Shown in pieces: positions 14,703-22,638 of a stretch of DNA of 36,459 nucleotides. The stretch covers positions 1 through 36,459 of the forward strand of contig JASEHP010000001.1 of assembly GCA_030018605.1 (NCBI GenBank), written 5' to 3'. The position numbers and the translations under genes are program-made. A model generated the notes under the pieces. It ran no database searches and was not told where the DNA came from. It was given only the letters and a program-made list of their open reading frames with translations. The first letter of the stretch is position 1. Each line of letters opens with the position of its first letter. The stretch is from Thermodesulfovibrionales bacterium (GTDB lineage Bacteria > Nitrospirota > Thermodesulfovibrionia > Thermodesulfovibrionales > UBA1546).

Positions 14703-15161
14703 TCATACTCCCATCTCGGAAAGCACATTGCCCTTAACCCCTATGATAGTTTCATCAAGCGGGATGTCTTTTCCAGACAGCTTTATCGCTTCCTTTAAGA
14801 CAGCGGTCATACCGCTGCAACACGGAACTTCCATCCTGAGACATGTTACGCTCTTGATCGGGATATTGCTGAATATCTCGGTGAACTTTTCAACATATAA
14901 TTGGGCATTGTCCAGCTTAGGACAGCCTATCAGAAGTTTCCTGTCTTTAAGAAATCTCTCATGAAAGTCTTGCACTGTAAATGCTGTGCAGTCAGCAGCC
15001 ACGAGCAGGTCTGCATTATCCAGAAAGGGTATAACTGTACCCATGAGCTTAATTTGTATGGGCCAGTGAGCAAGCCTATAGTCCTTCTTTTCCTCTGATT
15101 TGCCTGCCAGTTCTCCGATAGAAGAGCATGACGGGCATCCTTCAATTATATTTGGTTTCAT
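14703..15161 (-). CDS. Cys-rich, probably Fe-S-binding protein (WPxQ...AADC...CPKLD...MEVPCC family; function unknown)
   Basis: Motifs: CPSC near the N-terminus, HWPIQIKL, LLVAADCTAF, LIGCPKLD, MEVPCCSG. The ATG at 15161 has AAGGAGG 5 nt upstream. The tracked start at 15176 is a TTG that lies within that SD region. Confidence 0.65.
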   Translation of the reverse strand: MKPNIIEGCPSCSSIGELAGKSEEKKDYRLAHWPIQIKLMGTVIPFLDNADLLVAADCTAFTVQDFHERFLKDRKLLIGCPKLDNAQLYVEKFTEIFSNIPIKSVTCLRMEVPCCSGMTAVLKEAIKLSGKDIPLDETIIGVKGNVLSEMGV

Positions 15162-15219
15162 GTTAACCTCCTTCAAAAGTTATCTTGAGTTTAAGTTATA
15201 GCAATTCAGGGAATAACAG

Positions 15220-15235
15220 TATGACGTGCATCATA
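15220..15235. promoter_or_regulatory. Candidate Crp/Fnr-family operator TATGA-N6-TCATA, site 1
   Basis: TATGACGTGCATCATA. Its centre is about 40 bp upstream of the start predicted from a minus-strand TGcTATAAC extended -10 (15195-15203). Confidence 0.5.
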
Positions 15236-15261
15236 TTAAGAACAGAAATAATATCGGCAGT

Positions 15262-15279
15262 TTATGACTTTAATCATAA
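15262..15279. promoter_or_regulatory. Candidate Crp/Fnr-family operator TTATGA-N6-TCATAA, site 2
   Basis: TTATGACTTTAATCATAA. Its centre is about 40 bp upstream of the start predicted from a plus-strand TGaTATAAT extended -10 (15296-15304). Confidence 0.5.
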
Positions 15280-15336
15280 CACGGGAATTGTTTGATGATA
15301 TAATTTAGAATATCAACTGAAATTCAGGAGGTTTTT

Positions 15337-15744
15337 ATGGACAGATTTGTGAAAAGCTTTATTTTAATGAGCATCGTGTATCTTGCAATTGCCACAGTGC
15401 TTGGGATATTCATGCTTGGCTATCCGTCTTTGATGCAGTTTAAGTTTGTGCACTCTCATCTTATGATGCTCGGATGGGTTTCGATGATGATCTACGGTGT
15501 CGGCTATCACATCCTTCCGAAATTTTCAGGGAGGCTATTAAAGAGCCCGAAGCTCGGAGAGTTGCAGTTCTGGCTTGCGAATATAGGGCTTATGGGGATG
15601 CTGGCGTTTTATACGCTAGGGACATACAATCCTTCAGGTTTATACAGGGGTCTTGTTATTGCATCAGGGCTTATTGAGGCGTTGTCAATATCCCTGTTTT
15701 TTTACAATATAATTGCAACGTTGTATGCAAAAGTGGCGGAGTAG
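15337..15744 (+). CDS. 4-TM membrane protein resembling the haem-ligand helices of haem-copper oxidase subunit I
   Basis: AGGAGG SD. Four hydrophobic helices. FVHSHLMMLGWVSMMIYGVGYHILPKFSGRLL parallels the [31 protein letters not shown] region of aa3 oxidase subunit I (recalled sequence). Confidence 0.6.
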   Translation: MDRFVKSFILMSIVYLAIATVLGIFMLGYPSLMQFKFVHSHLMMLGWVSMMIYGVGYHILPKFSGRLLKSPKLGELQFWLANIGLMGMLAFYTLGTYNPSGLYRGLVIASGLIEALSISLFFYNIIATLYAKVAE

Positions 15745-15761
15745 TATTTGCTTTTTAAAAA

Positions 15762-15877
15762 TGTCATTCTGGCTTGACCAGTCGTAGCGACTCTCAGCGA
15801 AGACTCGCATCGAGAATCTTTCAGAAGAATTCTCACCTCGGGGAGTCGCTGAGGAGACCGAACGAGTTGGAATGACA
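15762..15877. repeat. Hairpin (MITE-like) element between convergent genes
   Basis: Termini TGTCATTC / GAATGACA. Nested internal stems GCGACTC / GAGTCGC and GAGAAT / ATTCTC. Confidence 0.6.
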
Positions 15878-15887
15878 GAATAGTTCA

Positions 15888-16565
15888 TTACCCGCAAAGT
15901 GCTTTAAGCTTATTTATATCCTTGATGGTGATCTTTCCGCCTTTTTCTGAGACGATGCCGAGCTTTTTGAATTTCGACATCGTCCTTATCGAAGTCTCTA
16001 CTGTTGTGCCGACCATCTCGGCAATATCCTGCTTTGTAAGTTTCATGTCGATAGTAATGCTGCCGTCTCCGAGCGGCTCGGAGCCTGCTTTATCAGCGAG
16101 CTTTATGAGCATGGAGGCTATTCTTGATTCCACTTTTTCAACAGCGATGTTTTTCAACGCCTCATGAGAGCCTTTGATCCTGTCTCCGATATTCATAGCC
16201 ATGCAATACATAAGGTTGGGGAACCTGTCGAGTATGCGCATTAAGTTGCTTCGTGATATTTTTAAAAGCTCCGCGTCATCCATCGCAACGGCATTTGCAG
16301 GGTAGGGGAAGCCTCTCATCACGGCAACTCCTCCGAAAAAATCCATTGGCAAGATGATTTCAAGTATGATTTCTCTTCCGCTCTGTGAGAGCTTGGTAAT
16401 CTTGACTTTGCCCTTAGTTACAACATAAAGCCAGTCAGACGGATCTCCCTCGGAGAATATAACCTCTTTTTTCTTAAATTTGGCAGGGATGAGGTAGGGT
16501 TTTACTTCCTCCATGTCGGAAGAATTTAACGTGCCGGATATCGGAATTTTTTTAAAGTCAATCAT
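15888..16565 (-). CDS. Crp/Fnr-family transcriptional regulator (no FNR-type N-terminal Cys cluster)
   Basis: cNMP-binding-like beta-roll (FSEGDPSDWLYVVTKGKVKI) and a C-terminal HTH (TKQDIAEMVGTTVETSIRTMSKFKKLGIV). Confidence 0.9.
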   Translation of the reverse strand: MIDFKKIPISGTLNSSDMEEVKPYLIPAKFKKKEVIFSEGDPSDWLYVVTKGKVKITKLSQSGREIILEIILPMDFFGGVAVMRGFPYPANAVAMDDAELLKISRSNLMRILDRFPNLMYCMAMNIGDRIKGSHEALKNIAVEKVESRIASMLIKLADKAGSEPLGDGSITIDMKLTKQDIAEMVGTTVETSIRTMSKFKKLGIVSEKGGKITIKDINKLKALCG

Positions 16566-16587
16566 TGTTTTAAGGAGATCGTTGCTT

Positions 16588-17367
16588 TTAACGGTTGAAA
16601 TTTTTATCGGACGGAAGATTGAGTGTTATGACCTTGCCATTTTCTCCCGGCGCTCCCATATCATTTCCGTCAAATATCAGCTTGATTCCGCCGGCATTTC
16701 CGATTTTTAGAGAAAAGCCGTTCTTTGCCGAAAGCTTTGCCGACTCGCCTTTGTTCAGAAGCAGTTCTTTTGACTCGGTATTGTCTATAATTGCAAGAAT
16801 CCATGTTTTGTCCGAAGCGAGAATCTCCAAGATGTGTTCTTTAACTGTTTTATCACCTTGCGAATTTGCCAGAATCTCTTTTTTTGTTTCTTCGGTGTTT
16901 TCTTTTCCCTGAGTCTGGCTGCTTGACTGTGGTGCAGGCAATACCGGTGATGTTTCTCCGACCAGAGGAGTTTTTGGCCCTTCCTTCAAAAGAACAAATA
17001 AGAATAAAACGGCTAATAAAGCCGTAGCTGCCGCTGCTGAAAGCGTGATTGCAGTAGCGGAGTATCTTTTATAGGGCTTCTCTTCTTTAACTGTATTTTC
17101 AGCAGGGGTAATGGGCTCAGGTTGTTTTTCAATTACAGGAGGCGATATCTTTTCTATATAAGCCTTTATAACAGCTTCGGGGTCTGTTTTAAGAAATTTG
17201 GCATACTCTCTGATGTAGCCTTTTGCGTAAACCTCTAAGGGAAGTTTTTCGAAGGTTCCTTCTTCGATTGCCTTTAGATAATCGGCTCTTATCCTCAGGG
17301 TCTTGGCAATCTCCTTGAGGTTATACCCCAATTCTTCACGCCTTTTTTCCAGGATTTTTCCGGACAC
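16588..17367 (-). CDS. rodZ: RodZ-like cytoskeleton protein (HTH + TM + DUF4115-like C-terminal domain)
   Basis: LGYNLKEIAKTLRIRADYLKAIEEGTFEKLP, a central TM, and a C-terminal ...WILAII...GNAGGIKLIFDG.... GTG start with GAGG upstream. Confidence 0.8.
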   Translation of the reverse strand: MSGKILEKRREELGYNLKEIAKTLRIRADYLKAIEEGTFEKLPLEVYAKGYIREYAKFLKTDPEAVIKAYIEKISPPVIEKQPEPITPAENTVKEEKPYKRYSATAITLSAAAATALLAVLFLFVLLKEGPKTPLVGETSPVLPAPQSSSQTQGKENTEETKKEILANSQGDKTVKEHILEILASDKTWILAIIDNTESKELLLNKGESAKLSAKNGFSLKIGNAGGIKLIFDGNDMGAPGENGKVITLNLPSDKNFNR

Positions 17368-17505
17368 CTTTTCCTCTACGGTAAAATAACATAATCGGCG
17401 CAGGAAATGGTAGGGGGGAATTTTTTATCGGCTGTCAGCCATCAGATGTCTCGCTAAGTTATGGCCTGGCATTATTGTAAACCTGATGTGCTATTATAGT
17501 TGACA

Positions 17506-18795
17506 ATGAAAAGAGTAGTTATGACAGGCATTGGCGCAATAACGCCTATTGGAAATTCATTTCGTGAATCATGGTCTGCTGTCCTAAAAGGATTATCAGG
17601 CATAGCTCCTCTAAAAAAGATTGATGCCTCGGTATTGAAATGGCGAGTGGCCGGTGAATTGAAAGGCTTTGATGCGGGGCTGTATCTGTCTCAAAAGGAG
17701 ATGACCCGTCTTGACCCCTTTGTTCATTATGCGGTTGCCGCGTCTTTTATGGCGGCAGAAGATGCGGGATTAATAGATCGAGCAGAAGAGCAGAAGAGCA
17801 GAAGAGCAGAAGTTAAAGACTCCTCACTCGTCACTCGTCACCCGTCACTTGAAAATGCCGGTGTGATTATCGGCTCAAGTCGCGGCGGGATTACTACAAT
17901 TGAAAGGGAATCGGGAAAAATATACGCATCACGCGTCACGCATCACGCATCACGCCTTTCCCCTTACCTCATGCCTTCAACAAGCGTTAATGCGGCAGCA
18001 TCTTATGTTGCGCAAAAACTTGGGATAAAGGGTCACTGTCTTGGCATATCGAATGCCTGCTCATCAGGCGCAAATGCAATAGGCGAGGCGTACAGATTGA
18101 TAAAATCCGGCTATGCAGATATGGTTTTTGCCGGCGGTAGCGAAGCTCCTCTGTGCAGATTGTGCGTAGAAGGATATGGCGTATCAGGAGCCTTGTCAAA
18201 AATAAACGATTCCTCAGCAAGCAGGCCTTTTGATAAAACGAGAGACGGTTTTGTTCTTGCAGAAGGCGCATGTGTTCTTGTCCTTGAAGGTTATGAGTCT
18301 GCGTTAAAAAGAGGGGCAAGGATTTACGGCGAGATTATCGGATACGGCAATACAACTGATGCATTCCATCAGACAAGGCCCAGCGCAGAAGGGGAGGCAA
18401 GGGCGATAAGGCTTGCAATGGAAGAAGGGGGTTTATTGCACGTAGATGTGGATTATATCAATGCGCACGGCACATCAACGCCTCTCGGCGATAAGGCAGA
18501 AACAGAAGCTATAAAGCTTGCTCTCGGCAAAAGGGCTTATGAAATTCCAATAAGTTCTGTGAAGTCCATGACAGGGCACATGCTTGCCGCGTCAGGCGCG
18601 TTTGAGGCTGCTGTTACGTTGATGAGCATTCGTGAGGGCATAATTTCTCCGGCTATAAATCTCAAAACGAAAGACCCTGAGTGCGATTTGAATTATATCA
18701 CCGAAACCAAAAACGCCGATATTAAAACCGCTATTTCCAACTCATTCGGATTTGGAGGGGTGAATGCGGTGCTGGCGTTTAGGAGGGTGAGGTGA
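17506..18795 (+). CDS. fabF: Beta-ketoacyl-ACP synthase II (KAS II) carrying repeat-encoded loop insertions
   Basis: MKRVVMTGIGAITPIG. Catalytic Cys (NACSSG) and both His motifs (NAHGTSTPLGD, MTGHMLAASG). C-terminal NSFGFGGVNA. Confidence 0.9.
   Translation: MKRVVMTGIGAITPIGNSFRESWSAVLKGLSGIAPLKKIDASVLKWRVAGELKGFDAGLYLSQKEMTRLDPFVHYAVAASFMAAEDAGLIDRAEEQKSRRAEVKDSSLVTRHPSLENAGVIIGSSRGGITTIERESGKIYASRVTHHASRLSPYLMPSTSVNAAASYVAQKLGIKGHCLGISNACSSGANAIGEAYRLIKSGYADMVFAGGSEAPLCRLCVEGYGVSGALSKINDSSASRPFDKTRDGFVLAEGACVLVLEGYESALKRGARIYGEIIGYGNTTDAFHQTRPSAEGEARAIRLAMEEGGLLHVDVDYINAHGTSTPLGDKAETEAIKLALGKRAYEIPISSVKSMTGHMLAASGAFEAAVTLMSIREGIISPAINLKTKDPECDLNYITETKNADIKTAISNSFGFGGVNAVLAFRRVR
17780..17852 (+). 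repeat. Octamer array (GAGCAGAA)x4 followed by heptamer array TCACTCG TCACTCG TCACCCG TCACTTG, inside fabF
   Basis: Read directly (17780-17812 and 17825-17852). It encodes RAEEQKSRRAEVKDSSLVTRHPSL. Confidence 0.9.
17923..17955 (+). repeat. Heptamer array ACGCATC ACGCGTC ACGCATC ACGCATC ACGCC inside fabF
   Basis: Read directly. It encodes ASRVTHHASR. Confidence 0.9.
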
Positions 18796-18876
18796 TAGGG
18801 GTTTAGCAGGTTTAAAAAGCATGTAGCAGGTAGGCTTTAACTTTTAGCCGTTGTTATCTGCCATTGGGGGCAGGGT

Positions 18877-19089
18877 TTATAAAAGTTTCTTGAATTCTTC
18901 AATGGTAAGTCCAGCATCTTTTACAATACCTGCCATTGTAAAGGCATCAACAGGATTTGCTCTCGGAATAGTGGTAATCCTTTCGCCATTTGTCATTGTG
19001 ATATGTTTACCTTCTTTTGCAATCCAAAATCCTGCTTTTTGAAATGCCCTCACTGCTCGCTGGTGGTTTATTCCAGACAATTTAGGCAT
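18877..19089 (-). CDS. hicA: HicA-family (YcfA-like) toxin
   Basis: 70 aa. The ...RAVRAFQKAGFWIAKEGKHITMTNGERITTIPRANPV... pattern is typical of HicA mRNA interferases. Confidence 0.8.
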   Translation of the reverse strand: MPKLSGINHQRAVRAFQKAGFWIAKEGKHITMTNGERITTIPRANPVDAFTMAGIVKDAGLTIEEFKKLL

Positions 19090-19282
19090 AGGCTACTTCT
19101 ACATAACGAGACTTTTTCCCTTTGCTTAGTCCCTCGACAGTCTCTAAATATGACTGTATGGCATCTTTAATGTTTTCCAATGCTTCCTCTTCTGTTTTCC
19201 CTTGAGACCAGCAGCCAGGTAAGCCTGGCACCCAAACAGAATAACCTTCTTCTGTTTTTCTGAGATTTACTTTATATCTCAT
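19082..19282 (-). CDS. hicB: HicB-family (UPF0150) antitoxin
   Basis: 66 aa with EEGYSVWVPGLPGCWSQGKTEEEALENIKDAIQSYLE. Overlaps hicA by 8 nt. Confidence 0.8.
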   Translation of the reverse strand: MRYKVNLRKTEEGYSVWVPGLPGCWSQGKTEEEALENIKDAIQSYLETVEGLSKGKKSRYVEVAYA

Positions 19283-19464
19283 ACAGCACCTCCAAAACCT
19301 TTAGTGGTTTTTCTTTATTTTACATCATAAGGCTAAATTTGTTTTCTAATGAACGTTGATTAATCTCAAACACGCCGTCATCTGTCGCTACGGACAAGTC
19401 CTTCCTTATTAACGGTTGTCCCTATTTCCCAAGCTCTCTCGTAAATTTGATTGTTATGAATCAT

Positions 19465-19986
19465 TTATTCTCTTTTTTCAATAAATATAATTCGCCCCCG
19501 CTCGACCTTCCATATTCCTGTTTTAGACACGACATAAACAGCTTTCTTGTATTTAAGCGAAACGAACACATGAAATTCAGTCGGCGTATCGGACAAAAGA
19601 TGTGTCGTAAATGCAGCCAGAGTATTTTGGGGTTCATCAGGTGAAGCGAAGCATGTTATAGTCGATTTGATAACTTTACCATCTGATATTTTGTAATGTC
19701 TGCCAAAGACGATGCCCCCGGATACGGGCGGTTCGGCTATAAAATATATGATACCGTCAATAAGATATGCATTATATTGGAAGTCACAGAAATCATCTAT
19801 TTTACTTTTAATTCTTTCAATTTCGTTGTCTGATATTGGTCCCTTTAAATATTCCGCGAATAAGTTATTTCCGTCTTTCATAGCCTTAGCGACCTCAGAT
19901 CGCGATTCTTCAGGCACATCAAGAGAGTAGGCGAGAATCGGGGAGAGAAGGATGAAGCTGATGAATGTAAATAGTATTTTCTTCAT
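19465..19986 (-). CDS. Secreted hypothetical protein
   Basis: Signal peptide (ILFTFISFILLSPILAYS). No recognisable family. Confidence 0.6.
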   Translation of the reverse strand: MKKILFTFISFILLSPILAYSLDVPEESRSEVAKAMKDGNNLFAEYLKGPISDNEIERIKSKIDDFCDFQYNAYLIDGIIYFIAEPPVSGGIVFGRHYKISDGKVIKSTITCFASPDEPQNTLAAFTTHLLSDTPTEFHVFVSLKYKKAVYVVSKTGIWKVERGRIIFIEKRE

Positions 19987-20169
19987 ATTATTTTTGCCTC
20001 ATAACATTATATTTTATGTCGCATGCGTCTCTTGGGCTGATTTTAGGTGAAATCACAGGTTTCGTCAAGGAAAATCTCTATGCCTGTGAAGCCAATTTAG
20101 AAATGTTAGTTTTTAAGCGACTGTCTCCCATCCCTACTCTTAATCCTGCCTCATATAGTATCATACTAA

Positions 20170-22638
20170 GTGGACTTTCTTAAGGAAATTGAAGAGAATT
20201 TTGATAAATTAGGCGGGAGGCAGCTTGCAGCTTTTTATACACAAAAAATAGACGACTTTCTTTCAGAGATTTTCAATTCCATACAATCCCCAAAACCTAT
20301 TGCGCTTATTGCAACCGGAGGATACGGCAGGGCAGAGCTTGCTCCTTATTCTGATATTGATATTATGTTTTTTGCAGAGGATAAAACAGATTCAAAAAAA
20401 GTAGAATCCGTGCTTTACAAGCTCTGGGATGCGGGGCTTATGATAGGCCACTGCTTCAGGACTGCCGATGAATGTATTGCAGAGGCAAAAAAAGACCTGC
20501 GCACACACACATCTTTGCTTGAAGCGAGATTTATAGCAGGCGACAGGGAACTCTATAATTACTTTCATAAAAAAGTCTATCCTGAGCTTGCATACAGAAA
20601 ACAGAAGAATTTCATAAGCGGAAAGCTGAAAGAACGGGAGAAGAGGCTCCGGGACTTCGGAGGCTCGGTGTTCCTGCTTGAGCCGAATGTAAAGGAAGGG
20701 CAGGGAGGGCTCAGGGACATACACACAGTGCTATGGCTTTCAAGGATTGCGCTGAAGATTAATAACATTGAAGGCATATCAGACGTTATCTCAAGGAATG
20801 ATTTCAAGAGGCTTATTAAGGCATACGATTTTCTGCTGAAAGTGAGATTCTGCCTGCATCTCATAAACGGCAGGAGGGATGACGCCCTTTCATTCCGCGT
20901 TCAGGATTATGTTTCAAAAAAGATGGGTTTTAATGATTCAAAAAAGTTTTCAGGCTCAGAGAGGTTTATGCGGTATTTTTATCTTAAGGCAAGCACTGTA
21001 AAGGAAATAACATCAACAATATCAGGCATGTGCCTCAGGCAATGGCTGATTACAGGGAACCGGGGAGCAGCAAGAAAGAAAAAAATAACTGATAATTTTA
21101 TTTTGTATAAAGGCATGATTATTCCATCAGAGAAGGATATTTTAAAAAACAATCCTGTCAGCATCATTGAGGCTTTTTATGCCTTTTCAAAAACAGGAGG
21201 ATATTTCAGCCACGCTCTCAGGGAGGGAATTAAATATAATCTGCTCTTGATAGGGAAGAAAGTCAGAAATTCGTACCGTGCCGTATTGTTCTTCCTTGAG
21301 ATATTTAAAGGAAGCAGGGTATACGAGACCCTCAGGGAGATGCATGAGACAGGCGTGTTAGAAAGATTTATTCCTGAGTTTGGAGCTTTGAAGTCCCTTG
21401 TGATACATGAACCCTTTCATAGATATACCGTTGATGAGCATACAATGCTTGCAATAAGGCACCTTGAGAACTTGACTGCTACAAAGTATAAAAACCTTGA
21501 ACATCTCGCCGGGATTATGAAGAATATAAAGGAGAGAGAAATACTATTTATGGCATTGCTCTTTCATGATATAGGCAAGGCTGCGGGCAGATATCATGAA
21601 GATGAAGGATACAAAAGGCTTAAAAATATTGTGGAGAGATTCAATATTGATATTGAGAAACGCCGGAGGATAGAATTCCTTGTTAGAAACCATATCCTGA
21701 TGTCTGTTTTTGCATTAAAAAGGGAGATTGAGGATTCTGAAGTCATAGCGCAGTTTGCTGATGCGGCAGGCGACGAGGAAAGCCTCATGGCGCTCTGCCT
21801 TATGACATATGCAGATATGTCTGCTGTCAATCCCGATTTCTGGACAGAATGGAAGGCTTATCTCCTTAAAGGACTCTATGAAAAGACGTTAAATCATCTC
21901 CGTGGAATAAGAAAAGACCCTGCTGCCTATATAGAAACCGTCCTGTCATCCTGCGCTGATGACGACAGAGAAGGATTAAGCGGTTTCCTTAATGAGATGC
22001 CTGAGAGGTATCTGCTTTCAACGCCTCCTGAAAAAATACAGGAGGATTACAGGCTTGCATGCGGTGTCCGGAAAGACGGTTTTGCAGTAGCAATAAGCGA
22101 AAAATCGCGTGGCATAACGGAGATAGCAATTGGCGCATTAGACATGCCAGGACTTTTTTCGCAGATAGTCGGGGTTCTCTCTTCAAAATGGCTGAATATA
22201 GTAAGCGCAAGGCTGTATACTGGAAAGAACGGGCTTGTTATTGATAAAATTCAAATTTCAAACTGGAAAGAACTCTGGTGGAACGGGATGGAAGGTGTTA
22301 TTAAAGATGGGTTGAAGGGTGCAGTAACAGGAGTCGGTTCAATAGAACTGCACAGCACCCCAAAAGAAGTTAACGGGAAATTTGATGTGTTTGTAGAGCT
22401 TGACAATGAAACCTCGGAAGAAAGCACAATCGTTGAGTTTTTCTCGCAGGACAGGCACGGCCTTCTCTACGATGTGTCTAATCTTATGCATGAGAGCGGG
22501 CTGAACATAATATCGGCAAGGGTCAATACCGAATCAGGAATTGCTCAGGATATTTTTTATGTTCAGCATGGAGGCAAGAAGGTTAACGGGCCTATGGCTG
22601 TGAAATTGCTGGAATCTCTATGGGAAAATCTAAAATGA
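20170..22638 (+). CDS. glnD: [Protein-PII] uridylyltransferase / uridylyl-removing enzyme
   Basis: Nucleotidyltransferase motif (GGYGRAELAPYSDIDIMF), HD domain (LLFHDIGK), and two C-terminal ACT-like repeats. GTG start. Confidence 0.9.
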   Translation: MDFLKEIEENFDKLGGRQLAAFYTQKIDDFLSEIFNSIQSPKPIALIATGGYGRAELAPYSDIDIMFFAEDKTDSKKVESVLYKLWDAGLMIGHCFRTADECIAEAKKDLRTHTSLLEARFIAGDRELYNYFHKKVYPELAYRKQKNFISGKLKEREKRLRDFGGSVFLLEPNVKEGQGGLRDIHTVLWLSRIALKINNIEGISDVISRNDFKRLIKAYDFLLKVRFCLHLINGRRDDALSFRVQDYVSKKMGFNDSKKFSGSERFMRYFYLKASTVKEITSTISGMCLRQWLITGNRGAARKKKITDNFILYKGMIIPSEKDILKNNPVSIIEAFYAFSKTGGYFSHALREGIKYNLLLIGKKVRNSYRAVLFFLEIFKGSRVYETLREMHETGVLERFIPEFGALKSLVIHEPFHRYTVDEHTMLAIRHLENLTATKYKNLEHLAGIMKNIKEREILFMALLFHDIGKAAGRYHEDEGYKRLKNIVERFNIDIEKRRRIEFLVRNHILMSVFALKREIEDSEVIAQFADAAGDEESLMALCLMTYADMSAVNPDFWTEWKAYLLKGLYEKTLNHLRGIRKDPAAYIETVLSSCADDDREGLSGFLNEMPERYLLSTPPEKIQEDYRLACGVRKDGFAVAISEKSRGITEIAIGALDMPGLFSQIVGVLSSKWLNIVSARLYTGKNGLVIDKIQISNWKELWWNGMEGVIKDGLKGAVTGVGSIELHSTPKEVNGKFDVFVELDNETSEESTIVEFFSQDRHGLLYDVSNLMHESGLNIISARVNTESGIAQDIFYVQHGGKKVNGPMAVKLLESLWENLK

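Noticed and set aside
15292-15316. TTGAT...ATCAA inverted repeat as an FNR box
   Set aside because: The half-sites are 15 nt apart instead of 4, and the interval overlaps the proposed -10 element. It is probably coincidental.
15685-15897. Tracked 70-aa minus-strand ORF
   Set aside because: It is the translation of the hairpin element between convergent genes. It also overlaps the 3' end of the 4-TM protein gene.
15888-16565. The Crp-family regulator as an oxygen-sensing FNR
   Set aside because: There is no N-terminal Cys cluster for a [4Fe-4S] centre. The candidate operator (TATGA-N6-TCATA) also differs from the FNR box TTGAT-N4-ATCAA.
17780-17955. fabF as a frameshifted pseudogene caused by the tandem repeats
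   Set aside because: The reading frame is continuous through all three arrays. The catalytic Cys and both His motifs, and the C-terminal GFGG motif, are all intact.
22620-22634. Upstream ATG (MGKSK...) as the tamB start
   Set aside because: It remains possible. The ATG at 22635 gives the classical ATGA stop/start overlap with glnD and begins directly at the basic/hydrophobic anchor. This is kept as an alternative only.
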